64,000 bases of DNA from Octopus vulgaris (lineage: Eukaryota), in assembly GCA_951406725.2 (NCBI GenBank), contig OX597829.1:37634001-37698000 (forward strand), read 5' to 3'. The notes under the pieces are model-generated. The model was not told the DNA's origin. It ran no database searches and saw only the letters and a list, made by a program, of their open reading frames with translations. A program made the translations under genes and the position numbers. Positions 53,342 through 64,000 of the stretch are shown one piece after another. Position 1 is the stretch's first letter. Every line of letters starts with the position of its first letter.

Positions 53342-55258
53342 GGTGTTGGCACAAGTGCTTTTATGGTAGTGGTACCATATATGTGGGACTTGGTGTTGCT
53401 GTGTAGGGTTGTGCTGCCTTTATGTTCTGTCAGTTTATAGTCTGACAAATAGATCATAACAAAATAGGTACTTGACCAAACCAAGTGTTTTTTTGGGTGA
53501 TATATTACAGATCCAACGACCAAAAGTAGTAAAAGGAATAAAAGATTACAATTCTCTCAGTTAAAGTGGCTTTGAAATGAAATAATCACCACAACAGTTT
53601 CAGTTTTAAATAGTTATTAATTTCTAAACCTAACCTAACTCAGAGATCTCCCTTTCACTCATCCCTACTCTCATAAAGATCCCATCCATCCAAAACCCAA
53701 CATTAATCCCCTACACCCAGCTTTTCCTCTTCAGAATGTCCCTCCCCCTTCCACCCTCACACCTGAAATTCCTTCCTTGTAATAATGTTTCTTCCTGCAG
53801 CCTTTGGTGCAAACCTGGAACTATTCAACAGGAACATTAACCATGCCACTGCACCAGTCTCAGAGTGTCTGTGAAGGTGATGAGCACAAGACCTACTTCA
53901 AGAGCAAGACAAATAGGTATTTCATTTCTTAACCAGAATTAACTAGTTCAATGTTGTACTTACTGTTAAGAATATTTTTGAACTTTTGCTACCAGGCCCC
54001 ACTGGCTGTCTCTACTCACCTTACTACACACTATGCTGCTTCACTATAAAAACAGTCTTGGCATATGAATCACAGAACTTCCTTTACTACAAGAACTAGC
54101 AGGGGTCCTTTCAAGTTCTTTAAATATCTTTCATCCATTTTCACACTTTATCTGTTGACAGCTCATTCGTTCACTCCTGTTTTTTCGAAAAAATAAATGA
54201 ATAAAAATAGGAAAAGACTTCCTGGGGGTCATTCATCATATTAGCTTTGAGGCATGGCTGCATGATGAAGAAGCTTACTTTGCAGCCATATGGTTTTGGG
54301 TTCAGTCCCACAGCATGGCACATTGTGCATGTATTCTCTATAGAATAATTTGAGGGAGATTTATTTGATCAACACCTTATGACTGAATTATTTATTTGAT
54401 CAACACCTTATGACTGAATTTGGTAGATGGAAACTGTGTGGAAGCCTAATGTATGTGTGTATACATGTATGTATGTATGTATGTCTGTGAGTGTGTGTGT
54501 CTCTGTTTGTCACCTTCACCTCCATTACTTGACAACTGGTATTGGTTTGCTTACATCCTTGTAACTTAGCAGTCCAGCAAAAGAGATTGATAGAATAAAG
54601 TACCAGACTTAACAAAAGAACAAAGCAAAAATAAAAAAAACGTAAGTACTGGAGGTTGAATTGACTAAAACCTTTCAAAGTTACAGTTCAATGACCAAAA
54701 CAAGTTAAAGGTAAACTCGTTAATATATTATTACAAACTAGTCAAGAGAGACTCCACATGGATGTTCAACATACTAAAAATACCAGCCAGATAAGTCTCA
54801 AGTCACACAGTGTCCCATCTAAAAAAGAAGGACAGACACAGTGCTGCCCTAGAAACACCAGTCAAATAAATCTCCCTCAAATTACACAGCCTATTATCTT
54901 TTTTTTTTTATAGCAGTTGAGGCTGGGGTAAGGAGAGGTACATTGAACAAATGTAGTCCTAGATATAGGAAAAATTGGTATGATGATAGCTGAAATCCTT
55001 TTCTTTGATCATATGTTTAGTTGATTATTAGGGGTCAAGGTAGACTGGACAGGGCTGTTTGACCTGCTAGAAATAACAGCCAGATCTCTCAATCAACCCC
55101 ACCAAGAAAAGAAAGTACCTACAGAATACTAGATACAAAATGTCTTAACCCTTTCATTGCAATATTTCTATTTAACTATATTGCTTTTGATTCAATTAAT
55201 TTTTAAAACAATAAAGAATTAAGAAAATACTTCGCTTTTGGTCATAAATTAACGAAGA

Positions 55259-55589
55259 CTAGTGCATGCATATACATCTGCGTGCATGCGCACATACACG
55301 CGAGTACTGTCCAAATCTCCGACCAATCACATACAGCTAGCTGGCATTCAATTGGCGTATCAAGTTTCGGGCATTTTGATTGGGTTTTGGATAGAAAATT
55401 CACAAAAAAAGTTACTTCTATTGATTTTTTAATGGCTTTGCGGGGTGACTGGGGAAATGTAAAATATGTGCACGACCACCCTTGGACGATTTTCAATGAC
55501 CATAGAAAGTGCAAGCCCTCTAACTGAAAAATTGTGGATTTGTATAAAGGATACACACACACACACTTTGCTGTTTATATATAGAGAGA
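55259..55589 (-). mobile_element. Helitron-like element nested in a piggyBac-like MITE
   Basis: A|TCTCTCTATATATAAACAGCA start resembles 2049; ends at CTAG|T, though that CTAG could belong to the host. Confidence 0.5.
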
Positions 55590-57107
55590 TGCTTAATGAG
55601 AAATTTTTATTTAGATCACGTTCAAACTGGAAGTTTGCATCATAGAAGCAAGGCTAGTCTTGGGCAAGTTAGAATCAAAAAGGTTTAAAACCATTACACT
55701 CGTTCACCAAGCTAACGAACAAAATAAACCCTACATGACGTTGATAACAATAAAATATTTCTCACTCAACACACAAACTACTGTTTACATCAACAAAGCT
55801 TTCACTCTCTTCCCTGCTTACCTATACACGAAATACTCAACACCTCCTTAAGAAACAACACAAAACATTGGCCAGTACACTAACTACCTGTCAGGCTTGC
55901 GAAGCCTCTGTTGAACAGAAAAAACAACAGATCCAGAATTTGAAATTTCCCAGATGGAATACCACAAGTATCTATTTTCTCATCCATTCTTTTTAACCTA
56001 TAAATAAGATTATATAGCCGCACCTCAGAAAAACTTAAAGAAAACATTCGCAAGCAGATGGCATCAAAGTTCACCCTCCCCTCATCATTCTTGACTCAAA
56101 ACAACAACACTGAAGTATCACCTACCAAATCCAACAAATTGCTATAAACCCAGCAGAGGAACCTCTACAAAGGTACTCAATCAGTTAAAAATAGCAGCCA
56201 AATCTATCTTAAAGCACGCCTTACTGTTTAAGTAAAAAGAGAACATAGAATACTTTTGATCAAACATAAAAGACAAAAGTAGTAGAAGTTATATGCAACA
56301 CCATTACAACATACACAGCACACACAATATGGTAAAGAAAAGAAAAAGAAGCACAAATACGGAGCATTCACAGGTACCACACATTGGCCAACAGACAGAA
56401 TCAACACTGCATTAGAGCCATCATAGATTATTATGCCTGTCCTTCCAGTACTTGAAACCTCTCCATAATAAACCAAAATAACAACACAAAATAGCACTTA
56501 TTCTTTGCTTTTCTACTCTAGGCACAAGGCCCGAAATTTTGAGGGAGAGGGCCAGTCGATTAGATTGACCACAGTATGCAACTGGTACTTAATTTATCGA
56601 CCCTGGAAGGATGAAAAGTAAAGTTAGCCTCAGCAGAATTTACAAAAACAGCACTTATTGAAAGAAGGAAGTTTATATTCCAAACATACCCATAGACCAC
56701 CCACCTACACAACAAAATGAAGCTACTGAAAAAAGAAAGGCCATCTGGGTTTGCAAGAGGTACAGGTTGTTGACACTGTAACAATTCTCTATTCCTCCTC
56801 CTCCCTCACCACCCTGCAATCCTTGCCACTATATGAAAAAAGAATCACCTCCAAGCATCCATAGTTAGTTACATGACTGAGTAACCTGTGAAAAACAGCA
56901 GCTAAATCTTCTTCAAATTACAAACTACTGTCTTAGAAAAATAAAAATAAGGCAGCATATATTGGATAACATATCCTTGAAATACAAAAAGATAAGATGT
57001 TTATGTTTGGAATGTCTTTCATCATGAATGTGCATGATCAGGCTGACAAGGCCGGGTGGGGTCAAATGACAAACACAACACCTTTTACTGAATGCTATTT
57101 TGAACAA

Positions 57108-57570
57108 GTGGAGGCGCAATGGCCCAGTGGTTAGGATAGCGGACTCGCGGTCGGAGGATTGCAGTTTCGATTCCCAGACCGGGCATCATGAGTGTTCATT
57201 GAGCGAAGACACCTAAAGCTCCACGAGGCTCTGGCAGGGGGTGGTGGTGAACCCTGCTGTACTCTTTCACCACAACTTTCTCTCCCTCTTTCTTCCTGTT
57301 TCTGTTGTACCTGTATTTCAAAGGGTCAGCCTTGTCACGCTCTGTGTCACGCTGAATCTCCTCGAGAACTACGTTAAGGGTACACGTGTCTGGTGCCAAG
57401 CTGTATCGGCCTTTGCCTTTCCCTTGGGTAACATCGTCGTCGTCAAGAGGGGAGGCTAGTATGCATGGGCGACTGCTGGTCTTCTATAAACAACCTTGCC
57501 CAGTCTTGTACCTCGGAGGGTAACTTTCTAGGTGCAATTCCATGGTCATTCATGACCGAAGGAGGTCACG
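57108..57570 (+). mobile_element. tRNA-derived SINE family C
   Basis: A-box tggcccagtggttagg and B-box-like gtttcgattccc; the 3' part matches 31445-31560 (reverse) and the middle matches family D. Confidence 0.75.
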
Positions 57571-58237
57571 TCACGATTTTGAACAAATACTGTTTCTGTC
57601 ACTAATAAAGAATTTTTTTATCCAGGCTGCCAGCTATTTGCGACCCCAGTGATTTGTTAATCATTGGTTACTATATCAACAGAGGCTAAATTTAACTAAG
57701 CATGTGGTTGCTAGTGGATCCTTGCTACTGATGATGCTCAAAGAAGCAGAAATCCCAGATTTAGCAATTTCACTGCCACTGCTGAGTGCTTGTCATCTGC
57801 AACTGATAAACTTCTGTGATTTTTGGTACTGTTCATCAATATGAAAAGCTTTCTTGAGACAAATACTGCAGTTTTATGGTTTTCTACAGTATATCCTCAT
57901 TTCCCAATCACATGATCCTGGGTTCAGTCCCACTGTGTGAAACCTCGAGTGTCTTCTATAGCCTCCAGCCAACCAAAGCCTTGTGAGTGGATTTGGTATG
58001 CAGAAATTGAAAGAAGTGTGTTGTGTGCACACACACACACACACACATGTGTGTGTGTATTTGTGTCTCCTTGTTTTGACACTGTGTGATAGTTATTACT
58101 CGGAAACTGGAGAGGGTTGGCAAAAAGAAGGGCATAAAAAATCTGCCCCAATAAACTCTTTGATCCATGCAAGTATAGAAAGGGGAATGATGATGCTGAT
58201 GATATAAATGCATACATGCATGCATATATGTTTGTAC

Positions 58238-58545
58238 ATGGGCTTAGTGGTTAGGGCATTCGGCTCACGATCGTAAGGTTGCGAGTTCAATTCCCAGCAA
58301 AGCATTGTGTCCTTGAGCAAGACACTTTATTTCACGTTGCTCCAGTCCACTCAGCTGGCAAAAATTAGTAGTACCTGCATTTCAAAGGGCCGGCCTTGTC
58401 ACACTGTGTCACATTAAATCTCCCTGAGAACTACATTAAGGGTACACGTGTCTGTGGAGTGCTCAGCCACTTGCATGTTAATTTCATGAGCAAGCTGTTC
58501 CGTTGATCATATCAGCAAGGCCCCCTCATCGTCGTAACCAACAGA
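58238..58545 (+). mobile_element. tRNA-derived SINE family D
   Basis: ggcttagtggttagg...gagttcaattccc...ccttgagcaagacact; reverse copies at ~40150-40465 and ~230-362. Confidence 0.75.
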
Positions 58546-59041
58546 CTGTGTATCCCTCCCCTATGTTTGTGCATAAATCATAATGTAAGAACAGGAAAGT
58601 ATATTTAAATATATTTTCCTATGTAAAAGTGATTATCTGATATTGCACAATACATTGTGCAGAATGGATACACATGTTTATTATATCAAAAACAGACAGG
58701 CTAGTCTGTATTGCATTCTTGGTTGAGTCATTCATAACACCATTCACAGTTGTAAAAGCCCACCGGAGAGGAAATTGCAGAGTAGACTGTTAACTTTTGA
58801 CGTAAAATGCATATATATTGTTTTTTACTTGTTTCAATCACTGGACTGTTATCATGCTGGGGCACTGCCTTGAAGGGTTTTGCCTAACAAATTAGTCTCA
58901 GGGCTTTGTTTTTTAACCTGGTACATATTCCATCGGTCTCTTTTGCTGAACTGTTGAGTCTGCTAAGTAATGGGGACATAAACAAACCAACACCAGTTGT
59001 CAAGTGGAGGTAGTGGATGAACACGTACACAAAGATATATA

Positions 59042-60285
59042 CAGAGTTGGACAAAATAATGGAAACACCTTAAAATTTCAAACAAATTCATTTTAATATG
59101 GGGTAGGACCACCTTTGGCAGTAATTACAGCTTGAATTCTATGAGGTGTGGACTTGTACAAAGTTTGAATTGTTTGCAAAGGAATCTTTGTCCATTCTTC
59201 AGCTAAAACAGTTTCCAGTTCTTGTAGTGATGATGGTGGAGGATATCTTACTTTTTTTTTCTAAAACTTACTCCTTACTTTTTTTTCTAAAATGCACCAT
59301 AAATGTTCAATAATATTGAAATCTGGGAACTGTGGTGGCCAGATAAGATGTTAAACTTCACTGGAATGTTCCTTGTGCCATTCAGTAACAACTTTAGCTG
59401 CGTGAGTTCTGCAACCATAGGATGAATTTGATCAGATAAAATGCTTAAATAGTCTTGACTATTTATTCTGCCATGATGGGAAACCATTGGGCTGGCAAAT
59501 TTCCAAGATATAGTCCCCCCCCCCCCCCAGATCATCACAGATCCTCCTCCATGTTTAACAACTGGAAGAAGGCAGTCTGTGTCAAATGCTTCTTTTGACT
59601 GTCTCCACATGTATACTCAGCCATTGGTTGAAAATAAAGTAAAGGATAACTTGTCCAAGAAAATAACATTCTTCCACAGTTCTGGGGGCCATTCTGTAGG
59701 TTTTTACTCCATTCTAAACGCTTTGCAATGTTTGTTTTTGAAAGTAGTGGTTTTCTGATTGCAGCTCTCCTGTGAAATCCAGCTTTGTGCAGCTCCTGGC
59801 GAACAGTTTTTGTGGAAACTGGGTTTTCATGGTGGTCATTAAGTTCTGCAGTAATTTTGGGAGCTGTATTTTCTAACAATTTGCTTAAGAGTCTGATAGT
59901 TCCTATCTAAAAGTTTTGGTTTTCTTCCAGAATTTTGTTTTGACAAGGAGGTTTTTCCCTCTTTCTCAAAGACTGTCATTACTTTCGAGACAGTACTTCT
60001 TGACACACCAAACATTTCGGCTGTTTTTATTACACTAGTGCCTGCCATACGAGCACCAACAATTTGGCCTCTCTGAAAGTCTGATAGATCTGTCATTTTA
60101 ATGAATTTTAATTACCTTTTTCTGATCATATCTGAATAGAAACAGCAATTTTAGCAAAACATTTTAAACAACACTAATAATAAATCAAAAAACATAAAAA
60201 TAGACAAGATTTTGATGGTTTTATAGATATTTCAAAATTATGATGCTATGATGCTAGGTGTTTCCATTATTTTGCCCAAACCCTG
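59042..60285 (-). mobile_element. Tc1-family transposon, near full length, with frameshifted transposase (60096-59287)
   Basis: TIRs cagagttggacaaaataatggaaacacct / aggtgtttccattattttgcccaaaccctg; ORF pieces MTDLSDFQRGQIVGAR, RRAAIRKPLLS and VKHGGGSVMIWG. Confidence 0.9.
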
Positions 60286-61097
60286 TCTATATACATACAT
60301 TGGGCTTCTTCCAGGTTCCATCTACTATATCCACTCACATGGCTTTGGTCAGCCTGAAGCTATAGTAGAAAACACTTGCCCAATGTGTCACTCAGTGGGA
60401 CTGAAACCAGAAACCACGTGGTTGAGAAGCAAACTTCTAACCACATAACCACATCTGTGCCTAGTTCTTAGAACACAAGTGGAATATGGTAACAAACAGG
60501 TTAAGGCTGGGCCAGCACCCAGAATACTGCTGAGACTTGAACCTATCAAATCTTCATATATATATATATATAGTAAATCTAAAACAGAACAAACACAAGC
60601 ACGAGGACGTGATACATGTAATGTATTGGCAGACAATCAGGAAAGGATATATATATATATATATAACAAAGCCAAAATTACAACATTGGATCAAAATGTT
60701 TTTCTCCAACTTGTCAGCTCCTGTCAAACTGCCATCAGAGAAAGTGTGTGTGGTGAGGAAGTCAATAGGCATGCATGCAATGCAAATCATCATCATTTTA
60801 CATTACGTCTGCTTTCTCTGCTGGCATGTCAGGCTGGTTTGATAGGATCCAAAAGGTTGGAGGAAGACATCTTTCTCCAATGTCTCAATTTTGGATTAGC
60901 TTTTTCACTTTGATATCCTAACCTAACAGGATCTTTGTGTTGCAAGTTACTTGTTGACCCTGCCATGCTGTTGCTACATAAAAAAGCATCCGGTCAAACA
61001 CTGTAAGGTGGTTTGTGTTTGGAAGGGAACCCAACTGTAAAAACCATGCCAAAACTGATCTCACTTGTGCTGGTACCATATAAAAAGCACTCAGCCC

Positions 61098-61315
61098 ACT
61101 CTGCAGAGTGGTTGATGCTAGGAAGGGCATCCTGCCGTAAAAAAAGCCCTGCCAAAACAGACAGTGAAGCACGGTGCAGTCGTCTGCCTGGACAGCTGCA
61201 ATCCAACTCTGCAGAGTGGTTGATGCTAGGAAGGGCATCCTGCCGTAAAAAAAACCCCTGCCAAAACAGACAGTGAAGCACTGTGCAGTCGTCTGCCTGG
61301 ACAGCTGCAATCCAA
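61098..61315 (+). repeat. 108-bp tandem duplication inside an RTE 3' UTR fragment
   Basis: actctgcagagtggttgatgctaggaagggcatcctgccg... begins at 61098 and 61206. Confidence 0.9.
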
Positions 61316-62790
61316 CTGTCCAACCCGTAACAGTATGGAAAGCGGATGTTAAATGATGATATAAGAGTAAATTCAAAACCTACAAACCCATGCACAAAGA
61401 TATATTAACGTCAATATGACAGACGTCTACATGATGAAAGTTACAAATAACAAACATTTATGAATGAAAGGACTAAATTCATAAATACTGATATATATAT
61501 ATAGACACACACACACACGCACATAAGACAATCCTTATCAAATTAAATATAATTATGTTGTTCAAGTGTCTTTATTTGCACACGCATACATATGCACATG
61601 CATGCATATATATATGTATATATACATATATACACGCACATATATATCTATGTAAATAGAATATATGTGTGATTAATTAATCTACCTCAACTTTAAAATG
61701 AATTTAATAATCTGAACATTAAATTCACAAGTGTTATCATTTAATAATAAGAGTAATAAAAAAAAAAATTTGTAAAATCAGCGCGTTAGCGACATCAGAA
61801 TGTGCTGCAACTCTAGTGACACCAAAGCAGTGCAGCATTTAGTTGCTGTCTATATAAGCTAATGCACAAATACATAACAGAAACACCAAGAAGTCGATAT
61901 AAATAAATATAAATACACATGCACGCACGCACAAACACACATGCGTGCGCACGCACACACACACACACACACACATATATATGGGAAAAGTTTTTAAAAA
62001 GTGATAAAGAAGAAAAACAAGAAAAAAATTTACTGGAAATTTTAAAATATAACGCAAATAAAACAGCATAGATGCACTTGTGGATATCTAATGATTTTAA
62101 ATTAATCGTATCCTAAGCTGCTCTCTGTTTTTAATTTTAAGCAATAACTAAAGTTTCAGAGAGGGCAGTTTGGATAATCTTATTTCTTTAAACAATGACT
62201 GGAATCAGGAGAATAATTTAATATAACAATCTTGGAAAACAGTGATGACGACCACCCTGGAGAGCAACAGCAACAGCAACGCAGAAGTTTCGATGTGTTT
62301 ATTGGTCAATCAGCTAGATATAGCAGCCAAATCTTCTCACCTTAAATATATCATCTTAGAGAAGGACACACTAGATAATGTATTTCTAGGTACACTGGGG
62401 AAAAAAAAAAAGTGGGGATAGGATGGGATGGCCATCACTGGACTGGCTTGTTGTAGATCTGCCTGCATGATCACAGTCAGTTAAGGTACTGGGGTAAAAC
62501 AGCAACAGCAACAACAATATAATAAAATTTAGAATTTAGAGGGTGAAGCTTCTGTTTGACCATACAATTATATTTTTCAAACGTTTTTACAAAAACATAA
62601 AAGGGGAACCGAGAAAACTCTTACTATTCTCACAAGAGAGAGTAAAAGAAAACAAAACAAGACAAACTAAAATAAAATAAAAAAGAGAAAGAAAGAAAAA
62701 AAAATCAACATATTTTCTGTAGAAAGGGTTAAGAGTTGCAGCGATTTGACGGTAGCAGTTGTCAATGTACTTTCTGGTGAGATACCATGT

Positions 62791-62827
<37 letters not shown>

Positions 62828-63502
62828 CATGAAACATTTTAGTTGTTTTATGTCAACCACTACCACCACTGCTGTAAACACAACCAATCCAATGCACTAC
62901 ATAACCACACACGCATGCGCGCACACACAGCCATACCCACCTAGATAAATGCATATATTATTTCTAGGTGGAGTGAAAAATAAAGAAAGAAATCAACCAA
63001 GAATCTATGGAAGCTTCGGTTGGTCTGAGTCACTAAAAAATTATATTTATCTGTAAAAGTTATAGAAGTTTCTTTAAGTTTATTATAAGCAGGCTGTTGG
63101 GAGAAAAAGTTCTTCCAAGAGAGACAGCGTGTGTCTTCGTCCTTCCTTTCTTCAATCTCATGGACTAAAGATTGAAGTGGGTAGAGAAAAAAAAAGAAAG
63201 AGAGAGTATTTTCTTGATCTCCGCAGAAGGACTCCAATGAGAATCACTGAAAGCAATTTTACCGACTGCATACAAGTTCAAAAACTTTACACACACACAT
63301 ACATGAGTAAACAAACATGTATGTGTGTATATATATATATACAGAAAATAACTGTTGAATAAATACTGCATAGAAGGCATCATAAATCATTGACACATAT
63401 TGATTCACACGCACATAGATACATAAACACACACACACACACGTATGCCGCCATTAACTTGCCTGCATGGAAAGTGTTAAATTTCAGTTGTGTGTGTGTG
63501 AA

Positions 63503-63950
63503 ATGGCTGTGTGGTAAGTAGCTTGCTAACCAACCACATGATTCCGGGTTCAGCCCCACTGCGTGGCATCTTGGGCAAGTGTCTTCTGCTATAGCCCCGG
63601 GCCAACCAATGCCTTGTGAGTGGATTTGGTAGACGGAAACTGAAAGAAGCCTGTCGTATCATCATCATCATCATCGTTTAGCGTCCGCTTTCCATGCTAG
63701 CATGTCGTATATATGTATATATATATAAATGTGTGTGTTTGTGTGTCTGTGTTTGTCCCCTAGCATTGCCTGACAACCGATGCTGGTGTGTTTACGTCCC
63801 CGTCACTTAGCGGTTTGGCAAAAGAGACCGATAGAATAAGTACTGGGCTTACAAAGAATAAGTCCCGGGATCGATTTGCTCGACTAAAGGCGGTGCTCCA
63901 GCATGGCCGCAGTCAAATGACTGAAACAACTAAAAGAGAGAGTAAAAGAG
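63503..63950 (+). mobile_element. SINE family A carrying a 43-bp RTE tail insertion at 63660-63702
   Basis: Family consensus interrupted by (cat)n-cgtttagcgtccgctttccatgctagca flanked by tgtcgtat direct repeats. Confidence 0.85.
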
Positions 63951-64000
63951 TATATACATACACACACATGCTAAAGTATATATATTATACACAGTAACAC

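Noticed and set aside
57108-57185. tRNA gene
   Set aside because: tRNA-like head continues into a SINE body and does not give a complete cloverleaf.

Overview
AT-rich, microsatellite-dense eukaryotic DNA whose SINE/LINE repertoire resembles an octopus (coleoid cephalopod) genome; the organism call is an inference. Most of the window is intronic sequence of one large minus-strand gene. Three phase-compatible exons (48871-48252, 16250-15382, 541-442) encode a Shroom-like protein, ending just at the entry to the ASD2 domain. The introns are filled with tRNA-derived SINEs, RTE and R4/Dong LINE remnants, Tc1/mariner relics (including 5'-5' and 3'-3' fold-back mariner derivatives), piggyBac-like MITEs and Helitron-like elements. 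The most notable signal is a set of about six fold-back (palindromic) elements sitting in or beside (TA)n arrays, most with a one-sided tail. One carries a minimal type I hammerhead-ribozyme motif in both arms (1906-1948 +, 1792-1834 -), as in Penelope-like retroelements. A second signal is a variable-copy ~60-bp hairpin array with conserved stems and variable loops in the 3' UTR of an RTE LINE. Most ORFs in the supplied track are spurious.
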